Under the pieces are notes generated by a model. The model made no database searches and was not told the DNA's origin. It was given only the letters and a program-made list of their open reading frames with translations. Below are positions 8,352 to 17,530 of a stretch of 64,000 bases of DNA, piece by piece. Both the position numbers and the translations under genes were made by a program. This DNA is from Rhodothermales bacterium. GTDB lineage: Bacteria > Bacteroidota > Rhodothermia > Rhodothermales > JANQRZ01. The number at the start of each line of letters is the position of its first letter. Positions within the stretch are counted from its first letter, which is position 1. The stretch is from positions 207,610 through 271,609 of the forward strand of contig JANQRZ010000006.1 of the NCBI GenBank assembly GCA_028284265.1, given 5' to 3'.

Positions 8352-11096
8352 ATGTCCAAGGAAATCATCATCAACGTAACTGGCGGGCAGTCTCGCATCG
8401 CCATTGTGGAAGATGGGGAGCTTGTTGAGCTCTACATAGAAAACCCCGAGAACGTCCGCACCATCGGGGACATCTATCTCGGGCGGGTGCGCCGCATCCT
8501 GCCCGGTATCAAGGCGGCCTTCGTCGATATCGGCCAGAAGCAGGACGCCTTCCTCCATTTCTCTGACCTGTCGGACAACATTCCGGCGCTCCTCGAACTC
8601 TCCGAAGGCAAGGTCCCGGACTGGTCCACGAAGTCGCTCCCGAAGGCTCCGAAGCAGGACGACGACAAACCCGCCGATCTGGAGTTGGAGACGCCCGAAG
8701 AGCAGCGCGCCGCCAAGCGCCGCCGCGACCTGAAGCGGACCCACGGCAAGAACCGTCGCGGTCGGGGGCGGAAGAACGAGGAGGCATCTGAGACGACATC
8801 GAAGCAGGCTGCCGCCGAGCCGCAGGCCGAGCAAAAGGAGCAGGCCGCCGAGAACTCGGAGGCGAAGCGTCGGGACCGCTCGGATAGCCGGAGTCAGCGC
8901 GACCGGAGGGGCCGAGGCCAGAGCCGCCGCGAGCAGGCCGTGCCGCAGCCGCCGGAGAGCGAGGTCGTGCCCGACACCGCCCCGGAGATTCTGCCGCCGG
9001 ATGCCGTCGCCGAGCCGCCGAGCCGCGATGACGCCCCGACCTCCAAGTCGCAAGCCGATACCCAACCTTCGTCCGATGACAAGCCCAAGCGGCGGCGCGG
9101 TCGCCGGGGCGGTCGAGGCCGGAACCGGAGCCGTCGCCAGACGGTGCAGCCGACCAACGAGCAGCAGCCGGAGCAGCCTGACACCGAGGCACAGTCTGCC
9201 GATACCGAGACGACGGAGCAGCCGAAGGCAGAAGCCTCGTCCAACGCCTCGCGCAGCCGCCGGGGTCGTTCCCGCCGGTCGGAGTCCTCGGACGCCAAGC
9301 CGAACGCGGAGGCCAATGGAGCAGACCGCCGCGACGAGACCCCCCAGCCGTCGCCCGAGGCTTCGTCTGAACAGCCCAAAGCCGAGCAGCCGAAGTCCGA
9401 ACAGTCGAAGCCAGAGCGCAAGCAGAAGCCTAAAGCAGAGCGCCCCGAACCCAAGCCAGAGGTCGTCGATGCCTCCGCTGCGGCGTCCTCGCGGTTCGTC
9501 ATCGACCTCACCTCGAAGACGGGGCGCGTTGGCCGGGTGGAGGAAGAGGAGGAAGAAGAGGAACGCTCCTCGCGCAGCCGGGGTGGTCGTCGTCGCGGCG
9601 GGCGTCGCCGGGGCCGGTCCCGGTCAGGAGGCTCGTCGAACAACGGATCGGGAGGAGGAAATAGCCAAGATGGCAAAAGCCGGAACAGCCGGTCCTCCAA
9701 TCGGGGCCGATCCCAAAGCAACGGGTCTTCCAATCGCTCTGGTTCGTCCGACCGAGGTTCCTCGAACGGATCGGACTCGAACGTCCGCCCAGAGACCCAT
9801 CTCAAGCAGGACCAGAAGCTCATCGTCAAGATCACCAAGGAGCCGATCTCCTCGAAGGGGCCGCGCGTCTCGACGGACGTGTCGCTCGCGGGTCGATTCC
9901 TTGTCCTGATTCCGCAGGCGGACTACGTCGCGGTCTCGAAGAAAATCGAGTCGTCGAAGGAGCGGCGGCGGCTGCGCGCCCTCGCCCGGAGCCTCCTGCC
10001 CGAGAGCTTCGGCCTGATCGTCCGCACCGTCGCCGAGAACCGCGATGCGAAGGCGCTCAACACGGACCTCCGACTGCTGCTCGACAAGTGGAAGAAGATT
10101 GAGGACCAACTCAAAGAGAAGCCGAAGCCGCCGAAGGAGTTGCATCAGGACGTCAACATGGTGTCCTCCATCATCCGCGACCTCTTCAGCGACGACTACG
10201 ACCGGATCGTGGTGGACGACCCGGCGGTCCACCGAAACATCAAGAGCTACGTGCAGGCCGTCGCGCCGCAGATGGCTCCGCTCGTCAAGCTGCACAAGGG
10301 CAAGGAGCACGTCTTCCGCACCTACAAGATCGACCGCGACGTGCGCGCCGCGTTCGAGAGCCGGGTCTCGCTGCCGGGCGGTGGGTACCTGTTCATCGAG
10401 CACACCGAGGCGATGCACGTCGTGGACGTGAATTCGGGCCGCGCCGGGAAGGGGCTGTCTCAGGAAGAGAACGCGCTCCGCGTCAACCTCGAATCGGCCC
10501 GTGCGATTGCCAAGCAGCTTCGGTTGCGCGACCTCGGTGGGATCATCTGCGTCGACTTCATCGACATGCGGAGCGACTCGGCCCGCCGCAAGCTCTACGA
10601 CGAACTCAAGAAGGAATTCCGCAAGGACCGGGCGGTGACCAAGCTCCTGCCGATGTCCGACTTCGGCGTCATTCAGATCACCCGCCAGCGCCTCCGCCCG
10701 AGCATCACCACGACGACCGACGTGGATGACCTGCCCGCGCCGCTGCCCGAGTCCGAGGAGCCGCGCCGCGCCGAGCGCGAGTCGGTCGCCGAGGGCGAAA
10801 CGCTGACGGCGAGTGAGGTCGTCGCCAAGCTGGAGCAGTGGCTGGCGACGTACCGCGCCGAGGTGCAGGAGCAGCATCGCAAGCGGCCCATCCTGATCCG
10901 TGTCCACCCGTTCCTCGCGGCCTATCTCCAACGCGGCGTGCCGAGCGCGATCACCCGCTGGCGCTTCCGCACCTGGCTCAAGTTCCGCCTCGACGTGGAT
11001 GACAGCGCCGACCCGCTCTCGTTCTCCGTCCGCGACGAGAAGTCCGGCAAGAACCTTACCCGGAAGTACGACCCCGACCTGCGGGAAACTGCCTAG
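8352..11096 (+). CDS. Rne/Rng family ribonuclease (RNase G-like core) with a large S1-domain insertion
   Basis: The ATG at 8352 gives MSKEIIINVTGGQSRIAIVEDGELVELY...AAFVDIGQKQDAFLHFSDL, which is collinear with the E. coli RNase G N-terminus. The core resumes at KLIVKITKEPISSKGPRVSTDVSLAGRFLVLIP and continues through GGYLFIEHTEAMHVVDVNSG and LRDLGGIICVDFIDM. The ORF-track start at 8187 was rejected. Confidence 0.9.
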   Translation: MSKEIIINVTGGQSRIAIVEDGELVELYIENPENVRTIGDIYLGRVRRILPGIKAAFVDIGQKQDAFLHFSDLSDNIPALLELSEGKVPDWSTKSLPKAPKQDDDKPADLELETPEEQRAAKRRRDLKRTHGKNRRGRGRKNEEASETTSKQAAAEPQAEQKEQAAENSEAKRRDRSDSRSQRDRRGRGQSRREQAVPQPPESEVVPDTAPEILPPDAVAEPPSRDDAPTSKSQADTQPSSDDKPKRRRGRRGGRGRNRSRRQTVQPTNEQQPEQPDTEAQSADTETTEQPKAEASSNASRSRRGRSRRSESSDAKPNAEANGADRRDETPQPSPEASSEQPKAEQPKSEQSKPERKQKPKAERPEPKPEVVDASAAASSRFVIDLTSKTGRVGRVEEEEEEEERSSRSRGGRRRGGRRRGRSRSGGSSNNGSGGGNSQDGKSRNSRSSNRGRSQSNGSSNRSGSSDRGSSNGSDSNVRPETHLKQDQKLIVKITKEPISSKGPRVSTDVSLAGRFLVLIPQADYVAVSKKIESSKERRRLRALARSLLPESFGLIVRTVAENRDAKALNTDLRLLLDKWKKIEDQLKEKPKPPKELHQDVNMVSSIIRDLFSDDYDRIVVDDPAVHRNIKSYVQAVAPQMAPLVKLHKGKEHVFRTYKIDRDVRAAFESRVSLPGGGYLFIEHTEAMHVVDVNSGRAGKGLSQEENALRVNLESARAIAKQLRLRDLGGIICVDFIDMRSDSARRKLYDELKKEFRKDRAVTKLLPMSDFGVIQITRQRLRPSITTTTDVDDLPAPLPESEEPRRAERESVAEGETLTASEVVAKLEQWLATYRAEVQEQHRKRPILIRVHPFLAAYLQRGVPSAITRWRFRTWLKFRLDVDDSADPLSFSVRDEKSGKNLTRKYDPDLRETA
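8652..9791 (+). other. low-complexity, highly charged (R/S/E/K/Q/P/G) insertion inside the S1 domain of the RNase
   Basis: About 380 residues between the two halves of the S1 fold. Includes EQPKAE-type repeats, an E9 run, and RGG/RS-like tracts (RSRGGRRRGGRRRGRSRSGGSS..., SRNSRSSNRGRSQSNGSSNRSGSSDRGSSNG). E. coli RNase G has ~25 residues at this position. Confidence 0.8.
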
Positions 11097-11103
11097 TCGC
11101 TCA

Positions 11104-11394
11104 ATGAAGCCGCTGCAGATCGTCGAGGCGTTGGAAGAGGCCGTTACGCAACTCGGCGTGACGGTGCGGCGGGAGCGCGGGAGCTTCCGGGGTGGGCTAT
11201 GCACGATTGATGGCGAAGCGGTTGTCGTCCTGAACAAGCGGACACCCGTTGAGGCCCACCTCGCTATTCTTGCCGAAGCACTCCGGTCGCTTCCGGTCGA
11301 TGAGGTTTACCTCCGACCCGCTGTCCGTGACGCCGTGGAAGAGGCGTGGGCGGCCCGCGATGCGGGCGTCGGCGTCGAGATCGAAGAGGAGTAA
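11104..11394 (+). CDS. hypothetical small protein (96 aa)
   Basis: The ATG at 11104 lies 8 nt after the RNase stop (MKPLQIVEALEEAVTQLGVTVRRERGSF...). Composition looks coding. No family recognised. Confidence 0.5.
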   Translation: MKPLQIVEALEEAVTQLGVTVRRERGSFRGGLCTIDGEAVVVLNKRTPVEAHLAILAEALRSLPVDEVYLRPAVRDAVEEAWAARDAGVGVEIEEE

Positions 11395-11396
11395 GG

Positions 11397-12278
11397 ATGA
11401 GCACAGACGGCGGGGAGAGTAGGGAAGGAATGGAGGGACTCGGTTTCCTCCCAGCCCTCCATTCCCCCCACGCCCATCCAACCCTCCAAATCACGCTCCT
11501 CGGTACCGGCACCTCAACGGGGGTGCCCGTCATCGGCTGCGGCTGCCGCGTCTGCACGTCCGATGATCCGCGCGACAACCGGATGCGTTGCGCCGCGCAC
11601 GTCGCCGCCGAGACTGAGCACGGCCCCGTGCATCTGCAGATCGACATTGGGCCGGACTTCCGGCAGCAGGCGCTCCGCTTCGGGTTGGAGCGTGTCGATG
11701 CTCTACTCTTCACGCACCACCACTTCGATCACGTCGTCGGCCTCGACGACCTTCGGCCCTACTTCTTCGACAACCGAGCGCCGGTCCCGGCCTATGCCGA
11801 TGCGAGCACGGCAGGCGTCCTGCGCGAGATGTTCCGCTACATCTTCGACCGGACTTACCCCGGCGCGTCGCTCCTCGATCTGTGCGAAGTCGATGGGCCG
11901 TTCACGGTGCGGAGTCGATATGATCCCCAAGCCGAGGTTCACGTAGAGCCGCTGCGGGCCTATCACGGAGACCTGCCGGTGCTGGGCTACCGGGTCGGGC
12001 GCTTCGCCTATCTGACGGACGTGAACCGGATTCCCGAGGCCACCTTTGCCCAACTCGGCGGTCTCGATGTACTCGTGCTTGATGGGCTTCGCCGCGAGGC
12101 TCATCCGACACATTTCACCTTCGACGAGGCCGTATCGGCAGCGCAGCGAATCGGTGCGCGGCAGACGTACTTTATCCACATGACCCACGGTGCGCTCCAC
12201 GCCGAGATCGATGCCGAGTTGCCCGATGGGATCGCGCTCGGGTACGATGGGTTAACCTTCGACGTCCGACCTGCCTGA
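11397..12278 (+). CDS. MBL-fold metallo-hydrolase (PhnP/GPMB-like)
   Basis: LGTGTSTGVPVIGCGCRVCTSDDPRDNRMRC and the HHHFDH metal motif (FTHHHFDHVVGLDDL). The start could also be the downstream Met at 11430. Confidence 0.8.
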   Translation: MSTDGGESREGMEGLGFLPALHSPHAHPTLQITLLGTGTSTGVPVIGCGCRVCTSDDPRDNRMRCAAHVAAETEHGPVHLQIDIGPDFRQQALRFGLERVDALLFTHHHFDHVVGLDDLRPYFFDNRAPVPAYADASTAGVLREMFRYIFDRTYPGASLLDLCEVDGPFTVRSRYDPQAEVHVEPLRAYHGDLPVLGYRVGRFAYLTDVNRIPEATFAQLGGLDVLVLDGLRREAHPTHFTFDEAVSAAQRIGARQTYFIHMTHGALHAEIDAELPDGIALGYDGLTFDVRPA

Positions 12279-12282
12279 ACTG

Positions 12283-12699
12283 ATGAAGCTCCTCGTCCTC
12301 AACGGTCCCAACCTGAACTTGCTTGGCCAGCGCGAGCCGGAGGTCTACGGCTCCACGACCGTGGCCGACATTGAGGCCGGGTTGCGCGCCGCGTTTCCCG
12401 AGGTGAACTTCGCCTTTGAGCAGCACAACGGCGAGGGCGATCTCATCGACGCGCTCCACGGAACGGATGCCGATGGCGTGGTCCTCAACCCCGGCGGCTA
12501 CGCGCACACGAGCGTCGCTTTACACGATGCCGTCGCGGCTATCGAAACGCCGGTCGTGGAGGTCCACATCTCGAACGTCTTCGGGCGCGAGGATTTCCGG
12601 CAGCGGCTGCTGATCGCTCCGGCAGCAGCAGGCGTCATCACGGGGTTCGGCGTGGCGGGCTACCGGCTGGCGGTGCAGTACTTCCTCGACCGAGTCTGA
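12283..12699 (+). CDS. aroQ: type II 3-dehydroquinate dehydratase
   Basis: 138 aa; LVLNGPNLNLLGQREPEVYG, NPGGYAHTSVALHDA and VEVHISN are hallmark AroQ motifs. Confidence 0.95.
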   Translation: MKLLVLNGPNLNLLGQREPEVYGSTTVADIEAGLRAAFPEVNFAFEQHNGEGDLIDALHGTDADGVVLNPGGYAHTSVALHDAVAAIETPVVEVHISNVFGREDFRQRLLIAPAAAGVITGFGVAGYRLAVQYFLDRV

Positions 12700-12700
12700 C

Positions 12701-13207
12701 GTGGCAGGCTACAAAGGACACCTCGCGGGCTCGCTCGCCTTCTTCGGCGTCTACCTCGCCGGACTCGCGTTCATTTTCTCCGTCGATCAGGCGTACCAGC
12801 AGTTCAGCGAGCTGGAGCTGATCGGCGTGCCGGTGGTGCTGTGCGGGCTGTGCCTGATGTTCGGGCTGTGGCCGGACGTAGATACCAACTCAAAGGGGCA
12901 GAACCTCTTCTACTCGATCTTCTTCGTCCTCGACGTGATCCTCATCATCGGGCGGCGGTTCGAGTGGGCAGCCTACCTCGGGCTTTTTGCGATTCTGCCG
13001 GTTCTCGGCAAGCACCGGGGCTGGACGCACACCTACTGGGCGATGCTGCTGATCCCGTCGCCGCTGCTCATCTTGCCGTACCTCCTTTTCCCCGACCGCC
13101 CGTTCGCCGGGCTACCGTTCTACGGCGCGGCGGTCGTGGGGTACTTCTCGCACCTCTTCATGGACGGCCTCGTGATCTCGTTCCCGCATCGCCGCGCCCG
13201 GCGCTAA
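12701..13207 (+). CDS. membrane-bound metal-dependent hydrolase (YdjM/DUF457-like)
   Basis: Multi-TM 168-aa protein with HRGWTHT and GYFSHLFMDG motifs. Uses a GTG start. Confidence 0.6.
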   Translation: MAGYKGHLAGSLAFFGVYLAGLAFIFSVDQAYQQFSELELIGVPVVLCGLCLMFGLWPDVDTNSKGQNLFYSIFFVLDVILIIGRRFEWAAYLGLFAILPVLGKHRGWTHTYWAMLLIPSPLLILPYLLFPDRPFAGLPFYGAAVVGYFSHLFMDGLVISFPHRRARR

Positions 13208-13896
13208 ACCTCAGCGCGGGCAGCGGGGCGATCGGCCTCGACCCAGCCGTCGTGCAGTTCGATGGTGCGGCTGCCGTAGGCAGTCCAGCGCTCAGAGTGC
13301 GTCACCTGAATCACCGTCACGCCGTCGTCTTCATTGAGCGCCTTGAACGCATCCATCACCTCCTGACCCTGCGACGAGTGGAGGTTGCCCGTCGGCTCGT
13401 CGGCGAGGATGAGGCGGGGGCGGATGATGAGCGCGCGTGCCACACCGACAAGCTGCTGCTGCCCGCCGGAGAGTTGGTGCGGGAAGAGGTCGGCCTTCGC
13501 CACCATGCCGAAGCGGTCGAGCATCTCGGCGACGCGGGCCTGCCGCTCGGCCTTCGGCGTCTTGGTGTAGAGCAGTGGCGTCTCTAGGTTCTCATAGACC
13601 GTCAACTCGTCGATCAGGTGGTAGGCTTGGAAGACGAAACCGATGTGCTCGCGGTGGAGCGCTGTCCGCTTCTTCTCGCTGAGTTGGTGGACTGGCTCGC
13701 CCTCGAAGTGGTACGATCCCTCGCTCGGCTCCTCCAGCATACCGACGATGTTCATCAGGGTGGACTTGCCGGAGCCGGACGGCCCTTGCACGGTGACGAA
13801 CTCGCCCTCGCGCACGGACAGGTCCACGTTACGGAGGACGTAGGTTTTCTGCTGGCCTTGCTTGTAGAATTTGCTGATGCCGCGTAGCTCGATCAT
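13204..13896 (-). CDS. ABC transporter ATP-binding protein, MacB/LolD/FtsE type
   Basis: Walker [10 protein letters not shown], signature LSGGQQQ, Walker [10 protein letters not shown]-loop VTH. Last gene of the operon that starts at 20800. It is the only ATPase of this type in the window. Confidence 0.95.
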   Translation of the reverse strand: MIELRGISKFYKQGQQKTYVLRNVDLSVREGEFVTVQGPSGSGKSTLMNIVGMLEEPSEGSYHFEGEPVHQLSEKKRTALHREHIGFVFQAYHLIDELTVYENLETPLLYTKTPKAERQARVAEMLDRFGMVAKADLFPHQLSGGQQQLVGVARALIIRPRLILADEPTGNLHSSQGQEVMDAFKALNEDDGVTVIQVTHSERWTAYGSRTIELHDGWVEADRPAARAEV

Positions 13897-13941
13897 GTCG
13901 GTTCGGTAGTCGGAGTGGGTAGGAGCAGGAGTCGTTCGGGG

Positions 13942-14733
13942 TTAGCCGCGTTCGATGTTGACGCCGCCGTTGGTGGTGACGGCGCGGACCGGCGGCCCTC
14001 CGTCGCCGAGGGTGGTCTGTACGCGCCGCCCGACATCGCCCTGCACCATCACGGGGAAGTCGATCCGCATTCGGCCGTTGATGGTGCCGGTTTCGAGGTC
14101 GGCGGAGTAGCCGTCGGGGACGACCAGCTTGACGCCGCCGTTGGTGGTGCGGGCGTCGAGGCCATAGCCGTCCCAGCGGTCGCCGGTGAGCCGGACGCTG
14201 AGGCCGCCGTTGGTCGTCCGGCCTCGCACGTCGCCACCGAGGCCGTCGAGGCTGACGCCGCCGTTTTGCGTGTCGAAGCGGATCTGGCCGGTGACCCCGT
14301 CGATGCTGATGCCGCCGTTTCTTGCTTCGAGGTCGAGGTTAGAGGCGCGAGGCACCATCAGCCGGAAGCTGACGCCGACCCACGCATCGCGGCCCGACCT
14401 CGGCACGCGGCTCTCGATGGTCCCGTCCGTCTCGACCTCGGACTCCGCAACGAGGCGGCGCACCTCGTCGCGGTCCTCGCCGACGGCCTGCACGCGGGCG
14501 CGGACCAAGACTTCGTCGCGGTCCCATGCCTCGACCCGGATGCCGCCGTTCTTACCGGCATCCACCGAGAGCGTGCGGCGTGGCGCGAGGGTGAACTCGC
14601 GGACCTCGCAGGCTCGCTCCGCATCGTAATTGTTGTTGTCCTCGGTGCACCATGCGTCGTCGGCGATAGTGCGCTGCGCGGCTGCAGGGAGCGCGATGAG
14701 CGTGAGGAAAAGGAGCAGGCTGAAGAGTCGCAT
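13942..14733 (-). CDS. DUF4097-like beta-strand repeat (putative adhesin-fold) secreted protein
   Basis: Signal peptide MRLFSLLLFLTLIALPAAAQ. Reiterated NGG(I/V/L)(S/K/N)(I/L/V) strands (NGGIRVE, NGGISID, NGGVSLD, NGGLSVR, NGGVKLV, NGGVNIE). Confidence 0.75.
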   Translation of the reverse strand: MRLFSLLLFLTLIALPAAAQRTIADDAWCTEDNNNYDAERACEVREFTLAPRRTLSVDAGKNGGIRVEAWDRDEVLVRARVQAVGEDRDEVRRLVAESEVETDGTIESRVPRSGRDAWVGVSFRLMVPRASNLDLEARNGGISIDGVTGQIRFDTQNGGVSLDGLGGDVRGRTTNGGLSVRLTGDRWDGYGLDARTTNGGVKLVVPDGYSADLETGTINGRMRIDFPVMVQGDVGRRVQTTLGDGGPPVRAVTTNGGVNIERG

Positions 14734-14773
14734 GACGAGAGGAGCGTGAGTGGGAAGGTACAGGGATGGTGCG

Positions 14774-17206
14774 TCAGTCGTAGCGGAGAGATTTGACCGG
14801 ATCGGCGAGGGCAGCCCGGACGGCGCGGAGGCTGATGGTCAGCAGGGCGATGGCGAGCGCCAGCCCGCCCGCGAGCAGGAAGATGCCGGGGCTGATGTCG
14901 ATGCGGTAGGCGAACCCATCGAGCCAGCGGCGCAGCCCGACATAGGCCAGCGGGGCCGCGATCACGGCTGCGATGAACACGAGGCGGGCGAAGTCTTTCG
15001 AGAGCAGAAGCACAATGCTCCCGACGCTCGCGCCGAGCACCTTGCGGACCCCAATCTCGCGGGCGCGCTGATCAGCAATGAACGCCGCCAGTCCGAGTAG
15101 CCCGAGGCATGCGATGAACAGGGCCAGTCCCGACGCAATGCCGAAGAGCCGCCCCGTGCGGACCTCCGCTGTGTAGAAGTCGCCCAGCCGCTGGTCGAGG
15201 AAGTTGTACTCGAACGGGCGGTCCGGGTCGAACGCCTCGCCGATGGTCCGCAACGCGGCGATGGTGGCAGGCAGGTTCTCCGGGCTGACCCGCGCCGTGA
15301 AATAGTCGATGGATTGGACCGGGTTGTCCCACGCCCCGATCACGAGTGGACGGATTTGCTCGTGGAGCGACCGGAAGTGGAAGTCTTCGACCACGCCGAT
15401 CACGTTCAGTGTGAGGTCCGGTTCGGCCTCGCCGTCGTCCTGCGCGCCGGGAATCGTGAGGCGTTGCCCGATGGGGTTGGTCAGGCCGAGGGCGCGCACA
15501 GCGGTTTCGTTGAGGAAGACGGCGGCGGAGTCTGCCGGTCGGCTCGGGGAGAAGTTGCGGCCCGCTTGGAGCGTCACCTCGAAGGTCGATAGGAAGTCTT
15601 CGTCCGCCCCGATGAAGGCGAGCGTTCGGGGCGTCGCGTCAGCCGCGCCCTCGGGGATGGCCTCGATCTCGACGATGTCTTTCCAGTCGCCCGGCACCCG
15701 CGAGGTCGTCGAGACGCTCTGGACAGCGGGCACCGCGGCGATCTCAGCCTTGATGGCGCGGAACTGCCGCCGCACATCCCCGCTGTTGATATCGACCACG
15801 ACGAGGCCGTCGGCCTCGAACCCGAGCGGCTTCGACTGGATGTAGTCGAGCTGGCGCATCACCGTCAGCGTCGCCACGATGATGCCGATGGACAGCGCGA
15901 ACTGGCCCACGATCAAACTGCGCCGAAGCGCCGCGCCGCGCCGCTGGCCTTCCAGCCCCCGGAGCGCGAGCGCCGGACGAAACCGCGAGAGATAGAGCGC
16001 CGGGTAGCTCCCAGCCACAATGCCCACGATGAGGGCCAGCCCGACGAGCGCCGCGAGCAACCAGCCCGCCGAAACCGGCGAGAGCGTCAGCGATTTTCCT
16101 GCAAGTGTGTTGAACGCCGGGAGGACGAGCGCGACCAGCCCGATAGCCGCCGCGACGGATACGCCCGATAGCAGCACCGATTCGCTCAGGAACTGCCCTG
16201 CGAGTTGCCCCCGGTGTGCGCCGAGGGCCTTGCGTACCCCGACTTCCCGCGACCGCCGCATCGAGCGTGCCGTCGCGAGGTTCATGTAGTTGATCGAGGC
16301 GATGAGGAGGACGAAGAGCGCAATCGCCGAGAAGACGTAGAGGTAGGTGATCGGGCGCTTGTCGCGGTTGAACACATCCTCGATCTCGCCCGAGCCGAAG
16401 TGGATGTCGGCGAGGGGCTGGAGGGTGATTGCCTCCGTCGTGGCCTCCTCGGTCTGGTGCCGGTCCAGCATCCCCGCAAGTCGGGCCTCGACTACCGGAG
16501 CCGACTGGGCCTCGTCGAGCGCGACGTAGGTAAGGAATGAGCGGGAGTTGGGCGTCCAGTTGGCCGCGTAGTCGTTCCACCACCGGGTCTCGGTGGCAAA
16601 CGTGGCTGCCGAGAACAGCATGGAGAACGTGAGGTGCGAGTTGGCGGGCGGGTCGCGCAGCACTGCCGTCACGGTCATCGCTCCGAAGCCTTCCACCTCG
16701 ACCGTTTCGCCGATTGGGTCTTCGTCGCCAAAATATTGCCGTGCCGACGACTCGGTGAGGACGATGCTGTGGGGCGTGTCGAGCGCGGCGGTCGTGCCCT
16801 GCATCAACTCGAATCCATCGAACACATCGAAGAAACTCGGCTCGGCCACGAGGTAGTCGCCCACGTAGGCGCGCTGCTCACCGCGCTCGACGGTGAAGCG
16901 CCACAGGCTGATGAGCCGCGTCGCGGCGGCAACCTCGGGCACCTCATCCACGAGCGCCACGCTCACAGGCCCCGCCGTCGCGGCTATGAGTTGGTCGCCG
17001 AGATCCGGCGTGGCGCGGGTCTCGACCACGCGGAAGGTCCGGTCCGACGCCTCGTGGAAGCGGTCGAAGCGAAGCTCGTCGAGGACGTACAGCCCGATCA
17101 GCAGGCAACACGCCACACCGACGGTGAGGCCCGCGACGTTGATGAACGCATAGCCTTGGTCCCGGCGGAGCGCACGGAGGGCCGTTATGAGATAGTTCTT
17201 CAGCAT
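14774..17206 (-). CDS. duplicated FtsX/MacB-type ABC permease (paralogue 1)
   Basis: 810 aa. N-terminus MLKNYLITALRALRRDQGYAFINVAGLTVGVACC. Two FtsX modules (INYMNLATARSMRRSREVGVRKALGA...; GLLGLAAFIADQRAREIGVRKVLGAS...). C-terminus ADPVKSLRYD. Confidence 0.9.
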   Translation of the reverse strand: MLKNYLITALRALRRDQGYAFINVAGLTVGVACCLLIGLYVLDELRFDRFHEASDRTFRVVETRATPDLGDQLIAATAGPVSVALVDEVPEVAAATRLISLWRFTVERGEQRAYVGDYLVAEPSFFDVFDGFELMQGTTAALDTPHSIVLTESSARQYFGDEDPIGETVEVEGFGAMTVTAVLRDPPANSHLTFSMLFSAATFATETRWWNDYAANWTPNSRSFLTYVALDEAQSAPVVEARLAGMLDRHQTEEATTEAITLQPLADIHFGSGEIEDVFNRDKRPITYLYVFSAIALFVLLIASINYMNLATARSMRRSREVGVRKALGAHRGQLAGQFLSESVLLSGVSVAAAIGLVALVLPAFNTLAGKSLTLSPVSAGWLLAALVGLALIVGIVAGSYPALYLSRFRPALALRGLEGQRRGAALRRSLIVGQFALSIGIIVATLTVMRQLDYIQSKPLGFEADGLVVVDINSGDVRRQFRAIKAEIAAVPAVQSVSTTSRVPGDWKDIVEIEAIPEGAADATPRTLAFIGADEDFLSTFEVTLQAGRNFSPSRPADSAAVFLNETAVRALGLTNPIGQRLTIPGAQDDGEAEPDLTLNVIGVVEDFHFRSLHEQIRPLVIGAWDNPVQSIDYFTARVSPENLPATIAALRTIGEAFDPDRPFEYNFLDQRLGDFYTAEVRTGRLFGIASGLALFIACLGLLGLAAFIADQRAREIGVRKVLGASVGSIVLLLSKDFARLVFIAAVIAAPLAYVGLRRWLDGFAYRIDISPGIFLLAGGLALAIALLTISLRAVRAALADPVKSLRYD

Positions 17207-17227
17207 GGCGATGGCGTGTGGTGTGGC

Positions 17228-17500
17228 TTATTCGGGGACCGCGTCCTCCTGTTGCGCTCGCAGCCGGAACATCACCGGCACGCGCTCTGCCGTCGGCGTG
17301 CCGATCTGGACGAGCAGCCACTCCTCGCCGTGGCTCGCGATGAACTCGCGCAGCGCCTCGACCCGCGACGGGTTGTCTTCCGGCCACTCCAGCGTTTCGA
17401 CGCGGTACTGCACGCGCTGCTTCTGGCCGTCGATCACGACGTCTACGTCGATCGTGCGGGTCTGGTCAATCGGGGGAATGGGGACGCAAATCTGACTCAT
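17228..17500 (-). CDS. hypothetical 90-aa protein (no signal peptide)
   Basis: Compact ORF lying 21 nt upstream of the permease and 30 nt downstream of the repeat-protein gene. Composition looks coding. No family recognised. Confidence 0.5.
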   Translation of the reverse strand: MSQICVPIPPIDQTRTIDVDVVIDGQKQRVQYRVETLEWPEDNPSRVEALREFIASHGEEWLLVQIGTPTAERVPVMFRLRAQQEDAVPE

Positions 17501-17530
17501 CGGGATCAGGCGTTTGGTGAGCGGTAAGGG

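Noticed and set aside
8037-9909. Several 230-340-aa ORFs in other frames and on the other strand (8037..9065, 8509..9192, 8894..9838, 9001..9909)
   Set aside because: All lie over the low-complexity insertion of the RNase gene, where repetitive GC-rich codons keep every frame open. None has a start context or any motif.
9624-11237. 537-aa minus-strand ORF
   Set aside because: It is antisense to the well-supported catalytic core of the RNase E/G gene.
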